DNA from: Callorhinchus milii
Taxonomy: Eukaryota
Assembly: GCF_018977255.1 (NCBI RefSeq)
Contig: NW_024704743.1
Coordinates: forward strand, 31,436,001-31,500,000
Length of the DNA stretch: 64,000 bases
Reading direction: 5' to 3'
Below the pieces are notes generated by a model. It was not told the origin of the DNA, did not search any database, and worked only from the letters and a program-made list of their open reading frames with translations. A program made the translations under genes and the position numbers. Shown piece by piece: positions 24,746 to 35,830 of the stretch (the first letter of the stretch is position 1; each line of letters begins with the position of its first letter).

Positions 24746-25794
24746 TAACTATGAACAGGGTGAGGCCCTTTCACCAATAATGTTCTTTAATCCCAATTTC
24801 AGAAAGGCAAATTGTATTACGTTGCTGAGACATTTTTCTGTGCTCCATACCAAACACTCATCCTCTCTGAATAAGATACACATAAAAAGCACGATCACTT
24901 ATTTACATTTTTTCTAAATATTTTAGTGTGGCCAGAGTTTAAGGATTTAAGGATATTTTCCATTTTTGTGTTTTTCTTTGTTTTTACAGGGAATATAATA
25001 GCTACACCCAATTCTGCTCTCATCCAACAGAAGTCATGGGACAATGATCAGAAACAGAAAACCTGGATAATTTCCCTAGTTCTGGGATTCAGATAAAAAT
25101 TGGCGCACCCATCAAATCACCCGATGAACAAACTATTACTGTACAGGTGCTTGGCATCTTTAAATGCCTCGCTGCAGAAGGCCACTAGGAGGCATGTTAG
25201 TGCCACATGTACTCCTGATATCTTTTCCAATGGGGAAGCATATCCACTGTCATCTGGTCGCTTTCCCATTACTCCACAGGGCAAGGTGATGTTACACCAA
25301 TATTCAATGCAAATGATCAGGGCATTTTTTTGAATTGTCACATTGTCAAGCTGTCAGTGATCCTCTCTTTTTCCCTTTACAAAACGGGGAGGATATTTCC
25401 TTCTTCATTGATTTAGAGAACGTGCAAATATATTAAAGAACAATTGCGTGGACATTGACAGTATTACTGAACTAGCCGATTCATGATTGACACCTTTTGA
25501 ACAGACTTATTTAATTGAAGGGGGTAGCAATCCAACCAAATACGAACCCTCTTGGGTATTTTACCCACAAAATACATGGACAAACCACTTTACAGTATAT
25601 TCTGTGATGTGCTTTGAGATCCCTTTGAAAAAAAATAATTTGGTCACTCAATCAGCGACTGTTTGTTTCGTAATTGGCTGCCGCGTTTCACCTACAAAAT
25701 AATCAGTTAATTCACTTTACAGAATATTCTGTGAAGTGCTTTGGGATGTCTCAATGATGTGATACAGTGCTATATCAAAGCAAGGATTATTATG

Positions 25795-26122
25795 ATAATA
25801 ATAATAATCCTTGCATTTGATATAGCGCTTTTCACGTCGGGAGGACGTCCCAAAGCGCTTCACAGAACACATTGTAAAGTGAATTGACTGTATATTTGTG
25901 GGCGAACGCGGCAGCCAATTGCGCACAGCAATGTTCCACAAACAGTCGTAGATTGAAAATAACCAATGTATTATTGTTTTGGTTTTTTTTGGAGGGATTA
26001 TTATTGGGCTGTGTGTGGAGTAAGGAAACTTGCCCAAGGTTTCGCCCTGACCTGCCTGGAATTAAACTCAGGTCTCTCGCTTGCAAAGCGAGTGCTCTAA
26101 CCACTGAGCTACAGGACTCCAC
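25795..26122 (-). mobile_element. Young full-length SINE
   Basis: Near-identical to the 21606 copy. Confidence 0.95.
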
Positions 26123-26134
26123 AATGATTGTTAT

Positions 26135-27090
26135 TATCATAGAATCATAGAATTATACAGTACAGACGGAGGCCATTCGGCCCATCGTGTCTGTGCCGAC
26201 TCTTTTAAAAGAGCTACCCAAATCAATTCCATTCCCCCACCCTCTTCCCGTAGACCTGTAAACTTGTCTTCCCGAAATAATTATTTATATGAACCCCCAG
26301 GGGGTTCCTTCACCCCCTTTAAGATTCTACCATCAGCTTATATTGCCTCTCCTCATTCTTCCTCCAAAAATGCATCACTTTGCATTTCTCCACGTTAAAC
26401 TTCATCTGCCACATGTCTGCCCATTTTACCAGTCTATCTCTGTCCTCTTGCAGTCTGCTACTATCCTCCTAACCGTTTACTAGTTTTCCTTGCTTAGTAT
26501 CATCTGCAAACTTGGAAATCGTACACCCTATACCCGAGTCCAGGTCACTTATATAGATCAAAAACAGCAGTGGTCCCAATACCAAGCCCTGGGGGACACC
26601 ACTGCACACTTCCCTCCAGTCCGAAAAACAACTGATCACCACCACTCTCTGCTTTCTGTGTCTCAGTCAGTTCTGTATCCATGCTGCACTGTTCCTTTAA
26701 TACTGTGGGTTTCTATTTCGCAGTTCACCAAACGCCTTTTGAAAATCTATATAAACTACATCAACTCTCTCCGCTACTTCATCAAGAAGCTCTATCAGGT
26801 TTGTTATTCAGGATTTGCCTATAACAAATCCAGTTGGCTGTCCTTTATTAACCCATATTTTTCAAAGTGAAAATTTATTTTGTCCCGGATTATAGTCTCT
26901 AGAAGTTTCCCCACTATTGACGTTAGGCTGACTGGCCTGTAGTTCCCGGGTTATCCTTCTGTCCTTTTTGTACAGGGTAGTAACATTTGCAACCCTCCAG
27001 ATCTCTGGCACCACCCCAGTGTCCAAGGAGGATTGAAAGGTGTTATTTCCACCCTTCCCTCAGTGACCTAGGATGCAACCTGTATGGTGA
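26135..27090 (-). mobile_element. CR1 LINE remnant with (TTCTATGA)n tail
   Basis: Minus strand gives [23 protein letters not shown] and YRPVSLTS..GK; tail ATCATAGAATCATAGAA on the plus strand. A related 3' end lies at ~49500-49650. Confidence 0.9.
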
Positions 27091-27899
27091 CTTAACCCCC
27101 CCAAAAAAATCAAGGTGAGAGTGCATTGGATCTGCAGATTACACGGACAACGTGAAGCCACAGAATGAACCAGAAAGGTGGTAACTTGAAACGGTCTTTT
27201 TATGAGTCAACCAAGCAAAGGTGGTTCCTCAGGTAACAGGCTGGGGGGGGTTATTGCAGTTCAGGCAGCAGGCGACAGACTTAATAAATATAAAATGCTG
27301 CAAATCCACCTCAGATCAGTCAGCATCCGAAACTGCTGCTGAATGCGAGAAGGGGGAAGCTGGCCGGCATTCCCAACCCCTCCCTCTGCAAAATGCGCAC
27401 TGAATGAACCCCACAAATGCCTTGTTAAACTCCCCAGTTGGACAGTTGCCTAGCTCCCTTCCCTGCAAAAATAATTCTTAAAGGAAAGCTTTGAGAAAAG
27501 TTTTTTCAATATAAAAAGAGGAAACGAGCTTTGTTGATCTGGAATGTCTACAATTATTTTTTAAAATACAGATATACAATATATATTTACGATGCATATG
27601 TATTTCACATATATTCGATACAGCGCCTTGGGACGTCCTCCCGACTTGAAAGGCGCTGTACAAATGTAATCTTGTTGTTGTTGTTGATATGCACGAGGGC
27701 TTGAGATTTGTTTCAAAAAGAGAGAAACGCTTTATTTAGTCTAGAATTATTTTAAAATATACAACATATATTTTAATGTGCATTTGATAGTGATAGGCAC
27801 AGGCACTGAAACGAAGGTGTTTGTATAATTTTGCATTAAAGAGGACACCCGTTCCCCCCCCACACACACACACACATACAAGGTGACTCCTGCTCCCTG

Positions 27900-28183
27900 C
27901 AGACACACCGAAGTGACAGATCTGTCACTGACTGACTGACGGACTGCCCCACGGGCCACTAGGAGGGAGAGGATGGAGCCGAGTGGAGCCGCCTTTCACA
28001 TTGCATTTTCCAACAGGGAGAGAGGAGGGAGAGGGAGGAAGTAAGAAAGCTAAGCGAGCAAAGCAAACCGCTTCGCCTGTTAAGATGGGTGGGGCCAGTG
28101 ACAAGAACAAGCCGTGCTCTGTGTGTGTGTGTGTGTGTGTGGGAGAGACATTGTTAGTTACTGACAGTGAGTGAGACACCAGA
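27900..28183 (+). other. Candidate non-coding first exon / promoter of MBOAT1
   Basis: Non-repeat, locally CpG-containing stretch ending in donor-like AGA|GTAAGT (28184), with an alternative ACA|GTGAGT (28167). The downstream ATG exon has an acceptor, implying an upstream exon. Confidence 0.35.
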
Positions 28184-28335
28184 GTAAGTGTGTGTCGAAT
28201 GCAAAAGGGAATAACTTAATGGTTATTATTAAATGACATCCTGAGAGAGTAAAGTGAGAGAGAGGGAGATAGAGAGATAGTGGGAGACTGATCGTCAGAG
28301 AGAGAGGGTTAAAGAGAGCGTGTGTGAGTAAGATT

Positions 28336-29624
28336 GTTAGGGAGAGGGTTAGGGAGCGGGGCAGGGAGAGGGTTAGGGAGAGGGGCAGGGAGAGGGTTAG
28401 GGAGAGGGTTAGGGAGCGGGGCAGGGAGAGGGTTAGGGAGTGGGGCAGGGAGAGGGTTAGGGAGCGGGGCAGGGAGAGGGTTAGGGAGCGGGGCAGGGAG
28501 AGGGTTAGGGAGAGGGTTAGGGAGCGGGGCAGGGAGAGGGTTAGGGAGCGGGGCAGGGAGAGGGTTAGGGAGCGGGGCAGGGAGAGGGTTAGGGAGCGGG
28601 GCAGGGAGAGGGGCAGGGAGAGGGTTAGGGAGCGGGGCAGGGAGAGTGTTAGGGAGCGGGGCAGGGAGAGGGTTAGGGAGCGGGGCAGGGAGAGGGTTAG
28701 GGAGAGGGTTAGGGAGCGGGGCAGGGAGAGGGTTAGGGAGAGGGGCAGGGAGTGGGGCAGGGAGTGGGTTAGGGAGCGGGGCAGGGAGAGGGTTAGGGAG
28801 CGGGGCAGGGAGAGGGTTAGGGAGTGGGGCAGGGAGAGGGTTAGGGAGCGGTGCAGGGAGAGGGTTAGGGAGAGGGTTAGGGAGTGGGGCAGGGAGAGGG
28901 TTAGGGAGAGGGGCAGGGAGAGGGTTAGGGAGAGGGTTAGGGAGCGGTGCAGGGAGAGGGTTAGGGAGCGGTGCAGGGAGAGCGTTAGGGAGAGGGTTAG
29001 GGAGCGGGGCAGGGAGAGGGTTAGGGAGAGGGTTAGGGAGAGGGTTAGGGAGCGGTGCAGGGAGAGGGTTAGGGAGAGGGTTAGGGAGAGGGGCAGGGAG
29101 AGGGGGCAGGGAGGGGGGGCAGGGAGAGGGTTAGGGAGCGGGGAGGGTTAGGGAGAGGGTTAGGGAGGGGGCAGGGGGAGGGAGAGGGTTAGGGGAGAGG
29201 GGTTAGGGAGTGGGGCAGGGAGAGGGGCAGGGAGAGGGTTAGGGAGCGGGGCAGGGAGAGGGTTAGGGAGAGGGTTAGGGAGCGGGGCAGGGAGAGGGTT
29301 AGGGAGGGGGCAGGGAGAGGGGCAGGGGGGATGGGGCAGGGGAGGGGCAGGGGAGGAGCGGTTTAGGGAGGGGGCAGGGAGAGGGTTAGGGAGCGGGGCA
29401 GGGAGAGGGTTAGGGGAGGAGGGGTTAGGGAGCGGGGCAGGGAGAGGGGCAGGGAGAGGGTTAGGGAGCGGGGCAGGGAGACGGTTAGGGAGTGGGGCAG
29501 GGAGAGGGTTAGGGAGCGGGGCAGGGAGCGGGGCAGGGAGAGGGTTAGGGAGAGGGTTAGGGAGCGGGGCAGGGAGAGGGTTAGGGAGCGGGGCAGGGAG
29601 AGGGTTAGGGAGCGGGGCAGGGAG
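28336..29624 (+). repeat. 12-bp-unit G-rich minisatellite (AGGGTTAGGGAG alternating with CGGGGCAGGGAG) containing TTAGGG
   Basis: Directly visible; about 1.3 kb, roughly 105 units, more degenerate after ~29100. Confidence 0.97.
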
Positions 29625-30946
29625 TTTTAGTGAGTGAATGTGTGAAACAGTGAGTGAGTTTGTCAGTGAGTGAGTGAGTTTGTCAGTGAGTGAGTTTGTC
29701 AGTGAGTGAGTGAGTTTGTCAGTGAGTGAGTGAGTTTGTTAGTGAGTGAGTGTGTGAGTGAGACAGAAAGTGAGTTTGTTAATGAATGAGTGAGTGAGTT
29801 TGTTAGTGAATGAGTTTGTGAATGAGTGAGTGAGTTTGTTAGTGAATGAGTGAGTGAGTTTGTTAGTGAGTGAGTGTGTGAGTGAGACAGAAAGTGAGTT
29901 TGTTAGTGAATGAGTGAGTGAGTTTGTTAGAGAATGAGTTTGTGAATGAGTGAGTGAGTTTGTTAATGAATGAGTGAGTGAGTTTGTTAGTGAATGAGTT
30001 TGTGAATGAGTGAGTGAGTTTGTTAGTGAATGAGTTTGTGAATGAGTGAGTGAGTTTGTTAGTGAGTGAGTGCGTGAATGAGTGAGTGAGTTTGTTAGTG
30101 AATGAGTGAGTGAGTTTGTTAGTGAATGAGTTTGTGAATGAGTGAGTGAGTTTGTTAGTGAATGAGTGAGTGAGTTTGTTAGTGAGTGAGTGTGTGAGTG
30201 AGACAGAAAGTGAGTTTGTTAGTGAATGAGTGAGTGAGTTTGTTAGAGAATGAGTTTGTGAATGAGTGAGTGAGTTTGTTAATGAATGAGTGAGTGAGTT
30301 TGTTAGTGAATGAGTTTGTGAATGAGTGAGTGAGTTTGTTAGTGAATGAGTTTGTGAATGAGTGAGTGAGTTTGTTAGTGAGTGAGTGCGTGAGTGAGAC
30401 GGAGTGAGGTTATTAATGAGTGAGTTTGTTTGTGAATCAGTGAGTTTTAGTGAGTGAATGTGTGAAACAGTGAGTGAGTTTGTTAGTGAGTGAGTGAGTT
30501 TGTCAGTGAGTGAGTTTGTTAGTGAGTGAGTGTGTGAGTGAGACAGAAAGTGAGTTTGTTAATGAATGAGTGAGTGAGTTTGTTAGTGAATGAGTTTGTG
30601 AATGAGTGAATGAGTTTGTTAGTGAATGAGTGAGTGAGTTTGTTAGTGAATGAGTTTGTGAATGAGTGAGTGAGTTTGTTAGTGAATGAGTGAGTGAGTT
30701 TGTTAGTGAATGAGTTTGTGAATGAGTGAGTGGGTTTGTTAATGAATGAGTGAGTGAGTTTGTTAGTGAATGAGTTTGTGAATGGGTGAGTGAGTTCGTT
30801 AGTGAATTGAGTTTGTGAATGAGTGAGTGAGTTTGTTAGTGAATGAGTTTGTGAATGAGTGAGTGAGTTTGTTAGTGAATGAGTGAGTGCGTGAGTGAGA
30901 CAGGGAGTGAGGTTGTTGATGAGTGAGTGAGTGAGTGCGTGAGTGA
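29622..30946 (+). repeat. (GAGT/GAAT)n-TTTGTTAGT compound satellite with higher-order duplications
   Basis: Directly visible; plus strand nearly free of C. Marker GAGTTTTAGTGAGTGAATGTGTGAAACA occurs at 29622 and 30442. Confidence 0.97.
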
Positions 30947-30991
30947 CCGTCTCATGTCTTGTTGCTGTCTGGCAGGAGATATAGCTGTAGA

Positions 30992-31081
30992 ATGGCAGAG
31001 GAACCAAGTATTCCATTAAGGACCACAGGTTTCAGACTGTTACACCGACTCAGCCTCAGGCTCAATGTGCCTCTGGATCAG
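30992..31081 (+). CDS. MBOAT1: MBOAT1 coding exon 1: MAEEPSIPLRTTGFRLLHRLSLRLNVPLDQ
   Basis: ATG at 30992; matches the recalled MBOAT1 N-terminus RTTGS..LH.LS..L.IPLDQ; donor CAG|gtagga in phase 0; upstream acceptor tggcag at 30975. Confidence 0.9.
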
Positions 31082-33189
31082 GTAGGAACAAAGATTTGCT
31101 CCTTTTCCAGTATCCCCCTTTTTCCTTAACTTATTACTTTACTGTTAATACTAACGTGCTCCGCATGCAACAACAAAATTACATGTGTATGCAAGCATAG
31201 ACACAGTGCTGCAAAGGTATCTGCACTGACTGAATGATGCTTGGTGGTATTTTCTTCAGGTTTAATGAATGACGGTGAATGCATGGAAGTTGATATGTGA
31301 AGTGGTGTGCGCAAATGTGACAGTCAATTTGCCCACTGGGATCCCCAAACAGTCATTGAGCGAATGACCAATTTATCTGGAAGATTTGATACCGAGTAGC
31401 CCACGAGTGTACCCAAAACTAGGACTAAAATAAACATGAGGATAACCATATAAATGTACAGAAAGACGCTCGAGATGTAAGTAAAGAGAGTACCGAAAAT
31501 GTATGTACAGTAAACGTGTGCGTGTAAGGTGCGCATCGGGGCACCTTCCGAAAGCAGCAAGTACGCCTTATCAGGGTGTGTGCGGGCACGCACATGGATG
31601 CGAGGCGCACAGAGACGAATTCTGACTGTTTTAAAGGGATCGTCAAAAAAAAAAGCGTACACAAGCTGTGTGGGGTGAAGGAAGGTGATGTAAAGAACGG
31701 AATGGTTTTGTATCGGCAGCCAAGGGAAAAAGTAACAAAAGATGTTGCACGTTGTGTTTTTATTTGGGATTTCTGTTGTACCAAATGTATTTACTAATAA
31801 ATATATATTTTTAAAAAATTGATGGCTAGGGTACTGAGAAAAATTCTACACTCTTTCAATAGCGTCATGGGTTCTTTATTGTCCGTGTATCCAGACAGAT
31901 GGGATCTTGTTTAAATATCTCACCGATAGGAACGTAGGAAAAATGGAACAAGAGGAGGCTGTTCAGTTCATTGAGTCCTTTCTGCCAGTTTCAGATCTTG
32001 GCCTTTTTTTTAAGCCCCAATGTCCAGCCTTTTCACCGTACCTTTTAATATATTTGCTAACCAAATATTGGTCTACCGCTTTTATAGACATCGTGAGGAT
32101 AGCCTCTCTTGACAATATGCTGATTTACCAGTGCCTTGCTGTAGTGGCACTGCCTGGCTCCCTGATATCTGGTTGTGTTGTCGGCATGGACTATCAACTC
32201 AAGTTTCAATATCGGGCTTAAACTCAAAGTTTACCAAATTAGTTCAAGCTTAATATTTTTAAATATTGTTCTAAAAGGAGTTTTAACTTAGCCGTCACCA
32301 AAATCACATGCACTGGCAAGTAATTCAGTCAGAAATATTTGTTTTTAAATGTCACTATTTTTGTTGGAAATATTAAGCATTGTGGTGTATTATTTTATAA
32401 AGAATTTGGGAACTAGTTCTATCATGAGGTCAAGAATATGTTTCCAGAATTTAAAATTAATTTTATAAAGTGCCAGTGATATGTTGAGCATTGGTGCATT
32501 GTGATTTTGTGCCATAAATTGTGAATCGCTTTCAATAGTTTATTTATTTTCAAGTGTAGTGTAGCCAACGGGCAAACATGCTTAGAGGAACAATGGTTTG
32601 TTTCTGAAAGTTAATATGGGTGGTTATTGTTGACGTACAGTTCAGTGATTCATACTGTGAATTGCACTATTAGTGGTATAAAGTGAAGCTTGTTTTGTGT
32701 ACTGTAGGTATGGATGCTAAGTAAACCCCACGCAAACAAAACCATAATGCCTCAAAAGGCCTTTCTTTCCATCATCTGTTAAGAGTTCTATCAGCAGAAG
32801 AATCTGGTAGCTTCGTTACGGTGTGCTAAGCCGCTGCAGACTTCCATTATATCTGTAAACATGAAACTGGGGATGACATTGGAAAATGCTGTTAATATTT
32901 TATTTTAGGCCAGCACTATTTGGTAATCTTTTAAACTCATCAGTGCCACAGTATTTCAAAATACACTATTGTTGTTTTCAGAACTGAGCGTTTGCACTTT
33001 TGCTGGTGTTTTAATCTACAAATGAGCCGCACAATATTTTACATTGGTAACAGAGGCCAGTTCCTGAAGAGCTAAAGGAAGCTCTCGTTTTTGTTCAGAC
33101 ACATTCTGCTGTCCAAAATAATTCCTTCTTTCTAATTAACACTGGTTTTATGTTCTGCTTTCAAGTATACAGAATTATTATAAACTCTC

Positions 33190-33700
33190 TTCTCTTTGAA
33201 TAGTGCCAAAGACAGGCAGAAGGCACCTTTGTTTAACATCGCATCCGAAGGACGGCACCTCCTGTCAAAGCAGCACCCACCTCCCTACCCAGCACTGCAT
33301 TGGAGTGTCAGCTTAGCCTATGAGTTCAAAGTTCTGACGTCCACAGCCTTCTGACTTAGCAACCAGAGCGCTATCAACCGAGTCAGGTTCATGCACAATA
33401 ATATCATGGGGGTTTTGTACAGTCTAGGTTGACATTCCAATGTAGCGCTGGGGGCTGTGCTGCATTGTTGGAGGTCCTGTCCTTAAACCGAGGCACCATC
33501 TACCTGTTCTTCCAGTGCCCCAGCCAACAATTCATCAAATAAAATTGGATATTCACTTCATGGCTGTTTGTGAGATATTGCTGTATGCAAATTGGCTGCC
33601 ACTTTGATGTACAAAACACAATCTTTGCAGTATATCTTGTGATGTGCTTTGAGACATCCTCCTGACGTGAAGGGCACTATATCAAATGTAAGTTTTTTTT
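33190..33700. mobile_element. Two divergent SacSINE1-like fragments
   Basis: Minus ~33190-33390 and plus ~33410-33700 share GCTGACACTCCAATGCAG-type motifs. Confidence 0.7.
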
Positions 33701-34147
33701 TATTAAATAGCATTGTTTTCTCGCACCAAATGCATTTTTCCCCCAAGAAAAAAAAAGTAATGGTGTTTTTTCCTTTTGTGTTGTCACGTCATATTGCAAA
33801 TCTAAGTCTTACAACTTGACTGTCAACAAAGCTTCTGTTGCCAATCAGTGTATATTTTATATGGTTTTCTTCAGGAAGAATTCTTAAGAGGACGTGTTGC
33901 ATCAGTGTGTCTTGCAGTACGTTTTCTTACAATTTATATTTCTTGACAATGATAAAAATATGTAAGTGTTTGATAGCAATGAATTCAAGTGCTCCAGGAT
34001 GCTGACCCATATGAAATAGTAGTTATTGTTGATGATGATGATTTACATGAATTACAATAGATCTATATCCAAATTGTTCACTGGTTCACTATTTTTTGAA
34101 CAGTTGTCTTCAGAGAATTTCTTAATGACATTTACATGTTGGTGGCG

Positions 34148-34505
34148 ATGGTTGTAGCTCAGTGGTTAATGTACTCGTTTCGCAAGCGAGAGACCTAGGT
34201 TCGATTTCTGGCAGTGCGAAACGTTGGTTACGTTTCCTTACTCCACACCCTTCTAATTATCTAGACGTAAGTAGGAACCCGGTTGTTAGACAATTGGAGG
34301 ATCGCTTTTCCGGGGATAATAATCCTTTAAAAAAATAATAATTTGGTCACTGAATCCACAGCTGTTTGTGGGACACAGCGGTGCACAATTGGCTGCTGTG
34401 TTTCGCCCACAAATATACAGTCAATTCACTTTACAGTATAGTCTGTGAAGTGCTTTGAGACGTCTAGAAGACGTGAATAGCAGGATATCAAATGCAATTA
34501 TTATT
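34148..34505 (+). mobile_element. Full-length SINE, long subfamily
   Basis: tRNA head plus extra central GTAAGTAGGAACCCGGTTGTTAG...TCGCTTTTCC segment. Confidence 0.88.
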
Positions 34506-34671
34506 GACATATATGTCTTTGTGTGTGCTACAAAACACATGGTCACTCTGCTTTGCCGTATATCCTGTGAAGTACTTTGAGACATCCTCCTGAAGTGAAA
34601 GGTGCTATATAAATGTAAATTACTGGTCTCTCTCAATTTCCCAGCTATTCAAATACCTTGTACTTTTGAGA

Positions 34672-34759
34672 TACTGTACTTTGGATAACTGGTCAACTCT
34701 GATAAATAGTCATTTGAGCTATTTCCCTTGGGGTGACGAGTTATCAAAGTTTCACTGTA
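34672..34759. mobile_element. Small Tc1/pogo-type MITE remnant
   Basis: Imperfect TIRs TACTGTACTTTGGATAACTGGTCA and TGACGAGTTATCAAAGTTTCACTGTA, with TA ends. Confidence 0.5.
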
Positions 34760-34852
34760 GTTCCAAGATGAAATGAACATAGATCGACTAGGTTTTTGAC
34801 ACCTGTATTGCAGATAATGATGGTTTGGGTTGTCTGTATACTTGTTTTTCAG

Positions 34853-34998
34853 GTGAATTTTGCAGCTTGTCAGCTGCTTGCTCTGCTTGCTGCCTTTTGG
34901 TTCCGTCACTATCTCAGTCCCACTAAAGTGAGTACTGTTATCCGGCATGTGGTTGTCACAATCCTTGGAATATACTTTGTCATCTTCTGCTTTGGATG
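34853..34998 (+). CDS. MBOAT1: MBOAT1 coding exon 2: VNFAACQLLALLAAFWFR...GIYFVIFCFGW
   Basis: tttttcag|GTG...GGA TG|gtaagt; 146 nt; strong match to MBOAT1. Confidence 0.97.
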
Positions 34999-35409
34999 GT
35001 AAGTGTACAGTTGTTTTGCTATAAATTCCTTTGTCGTAACATAACCCCATGCAAATTTTGTTTCGAAAAGTGCTTTGAGACATTAATTTGATATGGAAGC
35101 CTCTATATAAATGCAAGGTATCATTATGTATTGTACTTGTATTTACTCAGCCTCTTCTGGAGCCTTGGAATGTTTTTGATGGTTTTAATCAAATTGTTTA
35201 AATACAGAAAATGCCACCAGAGATTAAGGTTGCATGATAACATATGGAATTGAACATAAAACCTGCAGGAGAGGGAGAAAGAGGTAAGTGGGAGGGCTAC
35301 ATTGACAAATTAGTTAAAGTCAGATCATGTTGGCTTAAAAGGAAACTCTGTGAATATGTCATTTGCTGGGATCTTGCACTCGATTGATCCTTTTGGAAAT
35401 CGTGAGCTG

Positions 35410-35830
35410 TGCAGTCATTGATCATTCTGCCTGAGTTTCTCTTTCTGAGATACCTCCTTTGAAGACTGAAGAGCCCTAGCTTGTCAAATTGATGCATCTA
35501 GGGCCTGGTCACAGCGACCAGAACTGTATGTCACAGCGACCAGAACTGTATGCAACACTCAAGGTGTAGTCTGACCAGAGCATTATGTAGTTTGCATTTG
35601 ACTTCTGGGAATTTGAGCTCAACTGATGTGGCAAAATAGGCCAGTATCATGTTTGCCTTGCTGCCTCACACTGTTTTGACATGTTAAGTGATGAGACAGC
35701 TAACACCCTTAGATCTCTTTCAGCTTCCCCCTTGGCTATCCTATCCATGGAGTATGTGTTTCCTATATACAGTGCCTTGCATTTATGTGTACTGAACTTC
35801 ATTGCCAGTATCAGATCATGTTCATATACC
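35410..35830 (-). mobile_element. Decayed CR1 fragment with an internal ~22-bp tandem duplication (35509-35552)
   Basis: KLGLFSLQRR.LR, MKFS..KCK.L.IG and ERDL.VL remnants. Confidence 0.75.

Noticed and set aside
27925..28179. Minus-strand GSTRLHPL resembling MBOAT1 GSTYLHPL
   Set aside because: Opposite strand, short match and no PLDQ donor; the real exon is 30992-31081.
28324..29151. Long ORFs (RERVRERG)n and (GRGLGSGA)n
   Set aside because: Translations of the stop-free 12-bp minisatellite in two frames, with non-ATG starts and no splice support.
28336..29624. True interstitial telomere or chromosome-fusion scar
   Set aside because: TTAGGG never occurs as a contiguous (TTAGGG)n array, there is no head-to-head inversion, and the flanking synteny is intact.
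29622..30946. CRISPR-like array
   Set aside because: No unique spacers, vertebrate context and no cas genes.
30519..31016. Minus-strand THSFTN-repeat ORF
   Set aside because: Product of the GAGT satellite, antisense to MBOAT1.
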